A stretch of 64,000 bases of DNA, from the NCBI GenBank assembly GCA_000004985.1, contig GG738855.1; one strand, given 5' to 3'. The translations under genes were made by a program, and so were the position numbers. This document shows positions 31,461-42,500 of the stretch, in pieces; positions within the stretch are counted from its first letter, which is position 1, and each line of letters opens with the position of its first letter. The notes under the pieces were generated by a model that was not told the DNA's origin, did not search any database, and saw only the letters and a list, made by a program, of their open reading frames with translations. The stretch comes from Naegleria gruberi (lineage: Eukaryota).

Positions 31461-34400
31461 ATGGAACAACCCGAATGTTCCATCCCGACCTCAGCTACAA
31501 CAATTCAACAGTTACCGAGACCACCATCGGTTATGGACGATGATGAGGATATAGAGTTTGAGGTTTTTAATGTACCTAAAAAAACAAGTAATGAAAATTT
31601 AGGGACATTTAATGATAATAACAATATATCGGAACAAGTAATAGTGGATAGGATACCTAGGAGTAATAGTAAAAGTTCATATTCTTCTTCACAACCTCCT
31701 GTGGATGGTGTTGCTGACGATGTTGAAAATGAGGATCAAATTGAAATTGAAACAACAGGAAGCAGTACCGGGAGTCATGCAAGTACGATTAAATATGAAA
31801 ATGATAAACATGCACAAGTAATGGCTCACAGTGAGCAACAATTCATGACTGCCTCAGCAACAATTATAAAAACAAATGAATTCGATCATTTATTCGAACA
31901 TTCGGCTCGAGAAACGGAAAAGGAAAGAAAAAAAAAAGACAGAAGAATTATTGGACATTTAGTGAGGAAGAGAGTTGAAAATTTTTTAAAGATATTTGAT
32001 GCATATGGTGAAGGGATTGATGGTCCTCAAATCCGAAGAAAGACAGTGATGGGGTCTTTCGTCTCTGTAATTATGAGGTTTATTGTAATAGTATTAATTG
32101 CTTGGAAAATGTATAAGGTATTGAGTATGACTAGGTCTGAAGATATTGGCGATATAATATCTATAAATTATAATAGATCTGGATCAATGTATTTTATGGA
32201 TATTCCAACATTACAAATGAATGTCTCGAGTAAGATTTTGTTTTTTGAGAGGGCTGAGGACGGTCCTTCGTTACAGAGGATTGACATCATTGATATGTAT
32301 GGATTGGAAAAGACATTTTCAACATTGAGTCCAAGTGAGAGTTTTACTCTGCGGAAACCCTTAACGAAATCAATTTTTGGAAATGCTAATATTGGATTGA
32401 ATTCTTTTTTTCCTAGAAATAGAGATGCTGAAACAGGATTTGACTCGGTGAATACTTTTTCAACAAAAACGTCTACAGTTTCTTCAATTCTGGATCCTGC
32501 TGAGGCATTATATATTCAATCAAATCAGGATAAGGATTTTATTGAGCATACAGTTCATTTATATTTGAGATTTTTGGATAATTTGAGAGGAATCAAACCT
32601 TGTCAACTTCAGATTGGAATGATAAACTCTGGTATTCTTGCGCTATTGGAAGATGTTGATGAGTATGGAAATATAATTTTTGAACATCAATTACAGTCAC
32701 ACGAGGATGTTTATTTTGCAACTGATTCTTCCACTTGGGCAATGTCAAATATTATCCCTAATGAGACAGAGAGAGCTTCTCCTAAAGTACTGAGTGAAGG
32801 CATTTCCAATAGCCAATTTTACCTCACAACAAACTTTACAACATCGAACTTGGTTTCCTTTCTTCAGAAAAAATCAGTCAATGGAAATTTGAGAAATATT
32901 GCCCAGATATTTCTCGATAGAGGGATATCTTTGCCTCTCTTTAACGAATGGACCTTTATAATTAATTACATGAACAACTTTGTATATACTAGTAACAAGC
33001 TTATTTGTGACGATTACGAGCAAGATATAGATGAAAGCTCTCAAACCAACCCTAGGTTAATTCTCAATAACTCCTTCATTCGAAAAAAATTATTTCCAAC
33101 AGATGTCAGAATTATTTCCAATAATTTGGGAGAGAATGATACTACTGTATTGGGATTTGTTAAAGGTGATTTATCACAACAGCCACCATTCTACATGATT
33201 ATTGCAGGATTTTCAGGACATTCAGAGGTTGTAACTGTTTCAAGTATGGAAATAACTCAAGGTAATAATAACACAGATGATTATAGAGCTGTGTTATTCA
33301 ATGTTGAAAGATCCACATCAATTCCATTTGCAGATGTTGATATTTATGCACCTGATGATTTTCAAGAGCAGGTAGCAAATTATCAAACACTAACTAATTT
33401 ACCAAAAGCTTTACCAATCAATTGGATACAACAAGGTTTGTGGAAGTGCTCCCCCGAAAAGTATGGAGATGGTTTTTGTGATTGCGACTGTGGCTTTGTC
33501 AACGATACACTCACAGTAAGGGACATTGATTGCAATACTATACTTCCGAACCTTTTCAACTCTGAAAATCCAATCTCTAAATTATCCAAAGTATCATGTA
33601 CCTCTAAGGGATTACTGTGCTCAAATAGTGGCCAGTGCATTTCACCTTCTTTCATCCAAGGTAGTAAACCATGCCTGTATAAGGCATCAACATTTGGACA
33701 AAAGAAGGTAACAGGATTTTTTGGAACAACAAACGATTTTTACAAATCTGGTGGAGGAAAATACTGCTCTGAATGTGAAGGTTACAATATCAATAATGAA
33801 CAATCTACATACAGCAGCCACAACTCGAGATTTATGTGCCAAGTTGCCCCAAAAGGATATGTTTTTGGCATTGATTATTTGAAGAAAATAGAGTCTGATA
33901 CAAGTATTTGTTTTCCAATAAGAACCAAAGTAGGAGAAATGCCATTCCCTACCATTATTTCCCAATTTGAAGAACTTGCGATGGTGTCAATTAATCGGGG
34001 CATGAAAACAAAATTAATGAACGTTTCTGAAACAAGTTCAATTAACAGTGCCAAATATTTAAGCTCAAAGAATGAATTGTTTGGTTCTTCAGCTTTTAAT
34101 ATCCAAACCATTTGCATAGGAAAAGACCATGAGAAGTTAGCATCTTTCGGAAGAGTTGTCTCCTACAACCCCTTCTCTAAATCCCTAATAGTTTCAAAGG
34201 AATTTGGATTGGAATTTTCTCAACGGATAATACCCAGCTCTGTTCAATTTTATGTTGGAAAAACATTTTCAGAAGATGTGGTACTTGACAAGATAAATCA
34301 ACAACCTCTCATGGTTCAAATTGAAAGTCTGGTAGATATGGGAAATTACCAACATTTGACATTGCAGAAGGCTGTTGACATCTCTATGAATTTGTACACC

Positions 34401-36041
34401 ATTACTTTTATTAATGGAACTAGAATAACTATTGAAACCATAATGCCCTCAAAACAATCACCAACAGGTGGGCAAAAGTTTGTGGTGAGAAAATCTATCC
34501 ACGACTTCTCCCTAATTCAAGAGTCTACCTTTTCAATTTTAACTATTACTAGTAACACCTCACTAGAAATTATAACCCAAACTGAATTGAAATCCTACTT
34601 TTCGATAGGTTCCATTATTGAGTTTTTCACCGAGGACATCTATGTTGGTTCCAGCTCTATTGATATTGAATATTTTCAGGAAAATTACAAGTTTAACATG
34701 TATGATCCTGGTGATAGATGGAAGTCTGTGAGCTACCAACCTTTGACTTCTTTGCAAATTGAGTATGCTTTATTTGTGGTTCCTATAAGGAAAACATTCA
34801 AAACATCTACTACTAGTGCTACCCCACTCGATTTATGTCCAAGAGAGCACTCTTTTCTTCTCAATTCATCATTTCCTGATTTTAAAATAGATCCTCAGAG
34901 ACAACATTATTTCACATGCTCATTAGAGGCCACCAAGGATTGTACTGAATATCCTGAACAAGATTTTTGCCCATCAATATCATTTCTAGATGCAGAGCCT
35001 ACATACAAGTTTGAATTTGATCATCTCTTTCAATTGAATAACAAGTGGAAAACTATGGGTAATTCACTAGAAAAAGACATTGCACTAGGTGGTGCAACAG
35101 AAGTTGAGTATAAATACTCATTCTCTCAGGAGTATCATTTTCAACATGATTCCAGTTCCAATGATGTTGATGCTGAATTTACCAAAGGGTTCAATGTGAA
35201 TTCAAATTCTACATCCAATATATTCAATGGAAGATTGAACTTTTTAGGTAGGTCTCTTGATGATGCTGGAATACCTGCCCATTCTCCAATACTTGATTTT
35301 GAAGTGAAGATTGACCTGTCTCCGTTTTGTGGAGAAGATATTGTCAAGTATGGAGATGGCATTTTACAAGATATATTTTCTGGAATTTTGAAAGAAACAG
35401 GATCTTGGAGATATACCTTTCGAGAGAATGCTAAAAATGCAGAAGGAGCTCAACAATATGCTCGAAAGGTCTTCACCTCTCCTCTCACCATCAAGTGGGA
35501 TCTTTCTACATTGGGAGAGTACAATACGAATGACAAACTAATTTTGAGTCCAGGATACGAATTCGATTTTAGAGCTACTCTGAGAGCTACAAGCGTATAT
35601 TCCTCAGGATTTACTGGAAATGCTGACATTAAGGAGGTGAAATTATCAATTGATAGTACTAGTGTTTCCAAGACAGCTTTAGATTTTTCCAACAGAAATA
35701 AGCTTGTCTTGAATTATATTATTCAAATCGATCTTACCCAGAGTAATCAAGTCTTTCTCATTGCTGAATCATCAGTCTTGCTGGATTTAATGACTGATGT
35801 AGGTGGAGCTATGGGAGTGCTTTCACTTGGTGCATTATTCTTAAAATTCTGGCAAATGCTAGTTGGTCAGCCATCTGTCTTTTTGAGAGATGTTATTTTG
35901 GCAGATGAACGTAAGGAAGAACGAAGAAAAGCCTCTCCAACCTTCCTAGATAGAGTATCTTCATTACTATTTGGTAGGAAAAGGAGAAATAGAATTGCAC
36001 ACTTACATCCTCACTCTCAAGCTGCTTATGAATTGAAATAA
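31461..36041 (+). CDS. Large, 1526 aa, predicted two-pass membrane protein with a huge ectodomain of about 1,300 aa including a Cys-rich module. Family unknown.
   Basis: An N-terminal acidic cytosolic region is followed by TM1 VMGSFVSVIMRFIVIVLIAWKMY. The long ectodomain contains a Cys cluster at residues ~655–800 (WKCSPEKYGDGFCDCDCGF...CSECEGYN). TM2 is FLIAESSVLLDLMTDVGGAMGVLSLGALFLKFW, followed by a basic C-tail. The ORF is continuous. Confidence 0.5.
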   Translation: MEQPECSIPTSATTIQQLPRPPSVMDDDEDIEFEVFNVPKKTSNENLGTFNDNNNISEQVIVDRIPRSNSKSSYSSSQPPVDGVADDVENEDQIEIETTGSSTGSHASTIKYENDKHAQVMAHSEQQFMTASATIIKTNEFDHLFEHSARETEKERKKKDRRIIGHLVRKRVENFLKIFDAYGEGIDGPQIRRKTVMGSFVSVIMRFIVIVLIAWKMYKVLSMTRSEDIGDIISINYNRSGSMYFMDIPTLQMNVSSKILFFERAEDGPSLQRIDIIDMYGLEKTFSTLSPSESFTLRKPLTKSIFGNANIGLNSFFPRNRDAETGFDSVNTFSTKTSTVSSILDPAEALYIQSNQDKDFIEHTVHLYLRFLDNLRGIKPCQLQIGMINSGILALLEDVDEYGNIIFEHQLQSHEDVYFATDSSTWAMSNIIPNETERASPKVLSEGISNSQFYLTTNFTTSNLVSFLQKKSVNGNLRNIAQIFLDRGISLPLFNEWTFIINYMNNFVYTSNKLICDDYEQDIDESSQTNPRLILNNSFIRKKLFPTDVRIISNNLGENDTTVLGFVKGDLSQQPPFYMIIAGFSGHSEVVTVSSMEITQGNNNTDDYRAVLFNVERSTSIPFADVDIYAPDDFQEQVANYQTLTNLPKALPINWIQQGLWKCSPEKYGDGFCDCDCGFVNDTLTVRDIDCNTILPNLFNSENPISKLSKVSCTSKGLLCSNSGQCISPSFIQGSKPCLYKASTFGQKKVTGFFGTTNDFYKSGGGKYCSECEGYNINNEQSTYSSHNSRFMCQVAPKGYVFGIDYLKKIESDTSICFPIRTKVGEMPFPTIISQFEELAMVSINRGMKTKLMNVSETSSINSAKYLSSKNELFGSSAFNIQTICIGKDHEKLASFGRVVSYNPFSKSLIVSKEFGLEFSQRIIPSSVQFYVGKTFSEDVVLDKINQQPLMVQIESLVDMGNYQHLTLQKAVDISMNLYTITFINGTRITIETIMPSKQSPTGGQKFVVRKSIHDFSLIQESTFSILTITSNTSLEIITQTELKSYFSIGSIIEFFTEDIYVGSSSIDIEYFQENYKFNMYDPGDRWKSVSYQPLTSLQIEYALFVVPIRKTFKTSTTSATPLDLCPREHSFLLNSSFPDFKIDPQRQHYFTCSLEATKDCTEYPEQDFCPSISFLDAEPTYKFEFDHLFQLNNKWKTMGNSLEKDIALGGATEVEYKYSFSQEYHFQHDSSSNDVDAEFTKGFNVNSNSTSNIFNGRLNFLGRSLDDAGIPAHSPILDFEVKIDLSPFCGEDIVKYGDGILQDIFSGILKETGSWRYTFRENAKNAEGAQQYARKVFTSPLTIKWDLSTLGEYNTNDKLILSPGYEFDFRATLRATSVYSSGFTGNADIKEVKLSIDSTSVSKTALDFSNRNKLVLNYIIQIDLTQSNQVFLIAESSVLLDLMTDVGGAMGVLSLGALFLKFWQMLVGQPSVFLRDVILADERKEERRKASPTFLDRVSSLLFGRKRRNRIAHLHPHSQAAYELK

Positions 36042-36597
36042 ACATTCCAAGCACCTCTCGCTCTATTAATTAGAAGAATTGATAATTCCTTAATATTATT
36101 ATTTAATATTTTAAAAAACTGTAAAAAATTTCCACACAGATAAGGAACCTTTCAGTCCAGTTATTGCTAGTTTAATGACCACTGCGAAATGGTGTGGGCT
36201 TGAATAATGTATTGGGATGCTTGCTCTAAAACCATTTTTATAGGTTGTGCCCATTATAAGGAAATATTCTCTGGAAAAGGAAGAAATATTCAATATCTGT
36301 TATTATTTGCAATGATGATGGTTTTGTGCCTTATCATGTGCAATAGTGATGATATTACTTCGGATCAATAGATTGGTTAATAGTAGTAGTTGCCACTTCA
36401 TACATTAATAATCGCGAACTAATGCCCTATTGCTTGCCAGGTACGAAATAGTTTTTGGATGCAAAGAAGCCATTCTTGAACTATGAACGGTATTTTGAAA
36501 ATTACAATCCAACGCTTAAAAAATACCTTCTGTTTATTGTGCTGATTAGTGACAGGTCAAAATCCACTGCTAACAACAACTGAACAACAACAAGACC

Positions 36598-38607
36598 ATG
36601 TCGGTTAGGACATCAATAACCGAGCCCAATTTCCATGACAATTTCATTACAACTCTAAATGATTCATCATCATCTTCAAGTCGTCCAGCCACAACAACAA
36701 GTATAGATTTATTCATGAGAGGAGAACCAATTCTTGTAGATTTGCTTTTACATCATGATGAGGATATTTGTCTGCAGGATATTGACGATCATCAGTCGGC
36801 GATGGATAAAGAAATGTCGACAATTACGAATAATCTTCCTCATCAACAACAACATATTATCGGTCAACAACACGAATTATCATCATCACCTGTTGTTGCT
36901 ATTACTTGTACTCCTCCACTACTAACTAATTTAGACATGACATTCAATTATGACAAAACTGATAATCAGCAGCAGCAACAAGAAGTAAATACAACTAATA
37001 GTAATAATATTGTATTTAATAATGATATAGTAATTGTGGAAGATTCTAATAGCAATAATAATAATAATAATAATAATCGAATGAACATGGTGAATATTGT
37101 TGATGGTAGTTCTATTATATTAAATAATACACCTCAACTCTTTATTGAAACAAAACAAGATAATTCTAAAGGGTTAGTTCTACCTTTAAATTTATCTAAT
37201 GATAATTCTCCAGTCAATTCAGAGATTTCATCGGCTGTGAGTGTGACCTCCTATGGGTCAAGTCTTCCATCGACTCCAAATAATTCCCATCAATCTTCAA
37301 GCTTTTTCAATTCATCAACAACAATGGTAACCAATGATGAAACTGATTGGGAAATTATTGTAAAGAATAGAAATGCTCAACAAATAGCACGTATGGCCTC
37401 TGCTACTGGTTTAGTATTTCATAATAATCTATCCTCCTCACCATCAACTACTTCATCTTTATCGTCTTCAAATCTATCAAATCAACATCATCACTGTGTT
37501 ACCACTCCAAAATTGGATACATCTTCTTTAAATGAAACATCATTCAGAAAGAACTTTATCACTCGACATAGTTCTGATCAGAGAATTGCAATCTCTAGTA
37601 ATAATAGTAGTGGTAGTACATGTAATGAAGAGTCCACATTTGGTACTGGGTCAAGCAAGCAGAGAAGCAAGACAAGTTTTTTGTGGGGAAGATCTTTAGA
37701 GAGGAAGAATTCTGCAAACAGCAATACTTGTATGCCTCCAATAGAGGATTCTAAGAATGCTCAACTCGATATTTCGGCCTCTTCAATAGAGAGTAGTGCC
37801 ACCAATGTTGCATCAGATGAGAGCTTTTTAGAGTTTTTACAGAGTGTAGATTGTCGAATGAATGTTATTTCGATAGAGTCAATTGATTCTGCCTCTACAC
37901 AAGACACATCATCCAAAGAGACTTTGAAAAAGTCCAAATTTTGGGATAGACTCAAGATTATCAAAAAGGCAATTAAGAAACAGCTTATGGAAGAAGAAAA
38001 ACCTAACAGCACCCAACAAACACTTCACACTCAACAACCATCTAAACACTCGAGAACCAATAGTATTACAAGTAATCCACATACACTTGATTTGGATTGT
38101 AAAAGTACATCATCTTCCTCTCTGACAAGCGTTAGTGATGAAGACAAGTATACGGTTGTTATTACTAAACCAGCAATAGTCTCTAATAGTGCAATTAGAT
38201 CTGCTGAGGATGAAATGAGACATTGTCTTAATGATCCAATTTGTTTACAATTATTTGATGAATTTTGTTGTCAGGAATGCTCTCAAGAGAATTTACTTCT
38301 TTGGAAGGAGCTCAATAAGGTCAAGACTAATTTCAAGAAACTTTCAGATAAGAGAAGAAGCAAAACCCTTCGAACCATTCACTCGAAATTCTTCTCTGAG
38401 AAGAATGAAAATTTCGATGTAAATGTTAGTGGTCGAACTAAAGTTCAAATAGAGGAACAAGCAAATAGCAAGAGAGTTAGTTTAGCATCTGGCGCACACG
38501 TTTTAAATAGCTTACAACGAGATTGTATCAACAATTTATGTGACAGCTTTTCGAGGTTTATTCTCACTGAGGATTACAAACTATGGAAACAAAACTTTGA
38601 TAGGTAA
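36598..38607 (+). CDS. Ser/Asn-rich protein with a C-terminal RGS domain.
   Basis: Continuous 669 aa ORF with long poly-N/poly-S/Q tracts. The C-terminal RGS box is PICLQLFDEFCCQECSQENLLLWKELNKVK ... LRTIHSKFFSEKNENFDVNVSGRTK. Confidence 0.55.
   Translation: MSVRTSITEPNFHDNFITTLNDSSSSSSRPATTTSIDLFMRGEPILVDLLLHHDEDICLQDIDDHQSAMDKEMSTITNNLPHQQQHIIGQQHELSSSPVVAITCTPPLLTNLDMTFNYDKTDNQQQQQEVNTTNSNNIVFNNDIVIVEDSNSNNNNNNNNRMNMVNIVDGSSIILNNTPQLFIETKQDNSKGLVLPLNLSNDNSPVNSEISSAVSVTSYGSSLPSTPNNSHQSSSFFNSSTTMVTNDETDWEIIVKNRNAQQIARMASATGLVFHNNLSSSPSTTSSLSSSNLSNQHHHCVTTPKLDTSSLNETSFRKNFITRHSSDQRIAISSNNSSGSTCNEESTFGTGSSKQRSKTSFLWGRSLERKNSANSNTCMPPIEDSKNAQLDISASSIESSATNVASDESFLEFLQSVDCRMNVISIESIDSASTQDTSSKETLKKSKFWDRLKIIKKAIKKQLMEEEKPNSTQQTLHTQQPSKHSRTNSITSNPHTLDLDCKSTSSSSLTSVSDEDKYTVVITKPAIVSNSAIRSAEDEMRHCLNDPICLQLFDEFCCQECSQENLLLWKELNKVKTNFKKLSDKRRSKTLRTIHSKFFSEKNENFDVNVSGRTKVQIEEQANSKRVSLASGAHVLNSLQRDCINNLCDSFSRFILTEDYKLWKQNFDR
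37054..37077. repeat. (AAT)n microsatellite encoding poly-Asn inside the 36598 CDS.
   Basis: aataataataataataataataat, read directly from the sequence. Confidence 0.9.
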
Positions 38608-38785
38608 ATTTTGGAAAATCAATACCCCAAAGTTAAATTTGTGTAAATATTTGAAGAGAGTGAATTCAAAAGGATTCAATTATTTCAATTTTCTTTAATT
38701 AAACTTGTTTTTAATTACAATTAATTTGATTATTATTATGGCGCCATGATGAACTCGAATTAAAATAAAAAATAAATATTAAAAA

Positions 38786-39538
38786 ATGTCTCAAGATCAA
38801 ACGGAAAAGCTTTTGAGAAAAAGATCAACATCAAGTGGTTTGAAGATTATTGGTAATTATCAAATTTTAAATGGCGGAATATGTTTATTATGATGATCAG
38901 TTCCTGAACCTGTTTTTAAAAAGTTGGATTTACAAACTGTTTCTACTCTGATCGGAAAGGAAAATGCTTTGTTTATTGATGTAAGGTATGATTATTATTG
39001 TTGTATTTTATAAATCAACATCATCATGATTGTACGATCGGATCATCATAGAGATGAAGACTATGAAGGAGGTCATATTAAGGGATCTATTCATCAACCA
39101 TTTTCTTCTTTCGATGAGTTGTGTCCATCTCTTGTTACCCTTGTTGAAGAGAAGGCATCCACTTTGGACACTCTTGTTTTCTATTGTATGTTTTCGGAAC
39201 AAAGATCTCCTCAGTGTGCTGCTGCTTTTGCTGAAAAGATTTCTGGAAACAAGGCTTTGGAACATTTAAAGATGTAAGTTATTGGATAATTTAATGTATG
39301 ATTAATTGTGATGATCGGATTAATGAATTGTAATATGCTATTATTATAATAATAATATTATAGAATTATTCTTTCTGGAGGATTTAATTCATTCTTGAAA
39401 AAGTATACACCACCAAATGATCTTATTGAGGAATATAATGCTGAATGTTATAAGGAAGTTGATGGACAATTATTGCACATGATCGATGCTCAGTATTTGG
39501 ATGTCATTACCGATAAGAATGTCAGTGTTAGCGAATAA
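38786..39538 (+). CDS. Small rhodanese-fold Cdc25/ACR2-like phosphatase, four exons (about 38786..38851, 38899..38986, 39049..39276 and 39360..39538).
   Basis: The spliced product is MSQDQTEKLLRKRSTSSGLKII / VPEPVFKKLDLQTVSTLIGKENALFIDVR / DEDYEGGHIKGSIHQPFSSFDEL...LVFYCMFSEQRSPQCAAAF...LEHLK / IIILSGGFNSFLKKYTPP.... The CX5R active-site loop is C-MFSEQ-R, and DVRxxxEYxGGHIxGS is typical of the Cdc25 / arsenate-reductase ACR2 / Ych1 family. All introns have GTA(A/T)G donors and AG acceptors with consistent phases. Confidence 0.6.
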
Positions 39539-39596
39539 AATAGCTAGCTCAGAAATTAAGATCTAGTAGTAAAACTGCAGATGAGGAACCACAATT

Positions 39597-42500
39597 TTAT
39601 TTCTTTTTTCGTTTGAAAAATTGGAAAGCAGATGAGGAACCACTATCTGAAGAGGAGCCTCCCTTCTCAAGGGATTGAGTAAGCATTTCAATAATGTCGT
39701 CACAAGGAACATGAGACGATTTGGCAATATCTAATGGTGTTTTACCTTGCTTATTTTTCAAGTGTAAAACCTTGTACATTAATGTTTGTTTTGGTTCTAC
39801 TCTTGGACTCGATAGATTTGTAGTTGAAGCACTTCTACTATTTTCTCTTGGTGTTGAAAGGAGACCTCCTGAAGTTGGAGTGGTATTTTGATTTGGTGAT
39901 AAATTTGCAACAGAGCTAGCTGCAACACTAGGTCTCTTGTTCATTTGAACACCAACAATATTATACAGTGATAGGAGATATCTTACAGCAAATGTATTGC
40001 TGTCGCTACAAGCATATGCAAGACAAGTTTGATGTTTGTCATTATCTGGTTCCATCAACAACTCATTGAGGACTTCAATATTTTCTTGAGACTCTTCGTC
40101 ATATTTTTGTTTTTCTGCAAGCTTTTGTTCTGGTGTGAGCTCTACATTCTTTGGTGCTAATCTGAGGGCCGATCCTAATGTACTCTTTCTAGGTTGAAGT
40201 AGCTCATTAATAATCAATTGCATGGATTTCAAATCACCCTTAATTACACAATCGTGTAGAATATTTCTTCCATGATAATTTTGACTCTTCAAAACTTTAA
40301 TGAATTGCTCTCTAGAAATGTATGGCAAAATTGCCTCCAAAATTGGTTGTTTTCGTTTCAGTACACTGTTGTTGTTACTTTCTGTTGATGAATTGTTGGT
40401 TTGAGAATTATTCTTGCTTAGTTCAGGATTGAGTTTCTTAGCTCTCTCTGAAGGATCATTGTAAAACAAGTCACGAGCCTCTTGTTCACTCAAGCCATAG
40501 AATTTTTTAGCTGAGAGAATGAGTGTCTTGGTTGACCATCCCATTTGAGGAACAAGCAACTCCATGGCTTTGAACATAATATTCTTCTTCAATTGGAATT
40601 CATCTTGAAGGAAGTGACTAATGTGATTAGGGAATCTAGAACCATTTGTATTGGTTTTGGAATTGGCTGGAGAGGGTGATGAATTATTTTGAATTGGGCT
40701 TGATTTAATCTTGATAGAATCTTCAAGAAGGACACCTTGTTGATTACTGGTATAACCTCCTCCTGCCATTCCATTAATACCTGAAAGAGCAGCCAATGAG
40801 TCTGATCTCATTTTGAGTGCAGCAGGAAGCTTGAGAGGTTCTCTCTTCTTTCTTCTATCGTTTGTTAAGAGTTTGTTCTTATTTTCATAATTGACTTCAC
40901 CAGATTCACCAACAAACATTTCATCCAATTCTTGGAAAATATCAGCAGAAACGTCAGTATCACAACTAGAAACACTAGTTGTTGGTGATGGAGCTCTATT
41001 CGAAATTGGAGTATTATCACTATGTTCTGATGATTGTTTAACTGAGTCAACTCTAGGTGAGTCATATTTAGTTGATTCATTGATGGTATCCTCATCTTTT
41101 TCCTTGGACATTTCATGTTCGAGAAGGAATTCTTCAATCAAAAGTAAATCTTCATCTGGTACTTGAGATGATTCTCTCTTTGATTCTACCGATTTTTCAT
41201 CAGCAGCATTAATTACATCCTTTGTTGAGTTTTGTGAGGAGAGAGTTCTTGGTGAAGGTTGAGTTGGCACTTGTTGTACCTCAACTTCTCTCCCAACAAG
41301 ATTGAAGAGTGGAACACATCCTTTTTGATCCTTCTTTAGTAAAATAGCTCCCTTCTGAATGAGATAAACTATTCTATCCAATGGTAATTCGAAACAAGCA
41401 CGGTGCAACATGGTTTCACCTCCACGAATTGTAGTATCCAATGAAGCACCAAACAAAATGAGCATGTCACACACTGCAAAGCAACCTCTCTTCAATGCTA
41501 CATAAAATACATTGTATCCAAATTCATCATCCACTTGTTGAATAATCTTTTCCAATGCATTGTTATTATATGGAGATGAAGCTCCAGTAGCAGGAGATGA
41601 ACTAGTTGGTGAAGGAACATCTGCCTTATTCTTATTACCGAAAAAGCTCTTTCTTCCAGAGCCTCCTCCACTATTAGAATGTGGATTGGCCACAAGTTCT
41701 GATCCATTTCTAGCTCTTGAAACTCCTGTCTTGATTGTTGAACTCTTAATTTTCGTACACAAGAATGCACAGCTCTCAGTAGCATTAAAGAAGGAAGTAT
41801 AAAAGAGTGGAGTCATTTTCATGGCATCCGAAACAAATAAGAAATCAGGTCCACATTCATCAAATAACCATTCCATAATAACACTCTGATTGTACTTGGA
41901 TGCCAAGTGCATTAGTGTACACTTTTGAATAGAATTAAACTTGGTATTGAGTAAATATTTAGTCCACAATAATTTCAAAGATGGTTCCGTTGCAAATTTA
42001 AATTGTTTCCAAGTGTCGAGAACGTCCTCTTTCATGGAGGTAAATTCCTTCCTTGACATGACTTCAACTTCACGTGTAGGTGATCCAGTACTACTTGATG
42101 GACTGCCAAGAGATTGGAGGTCTGCGAATCTAGTACTGTTCCTGTTTAGTTTTATACTATTTCTATTAACACTGAGACTGTTACTGACAGTAAGAGTTGA
42201 TGATTCGTTACCACTCAATTTCATAGATCCAGTTGTAAAGAAGAAGAATCTAAAGTAGAGTAATTGTTTCAATCGGTAGAGAGAATGAATAGAAATGTGA
42301 TAGAGACCACTCAAGTCCATTAAAGCACTTCCCTTTGAAGATAATACCGAAGTTGTGGTATCTAAAATTATTGATTTGGCACTAGTTTCCGCAACTGTAT
42401 CTTTTTCAATCAATGGCTCAACTTGGCTGGTTTCGTTTGCTTTCGAATGCTTTCTGTTAACTTTCTTCTTCTTGGCAGATAAATGTTGTGATGATGGAAC

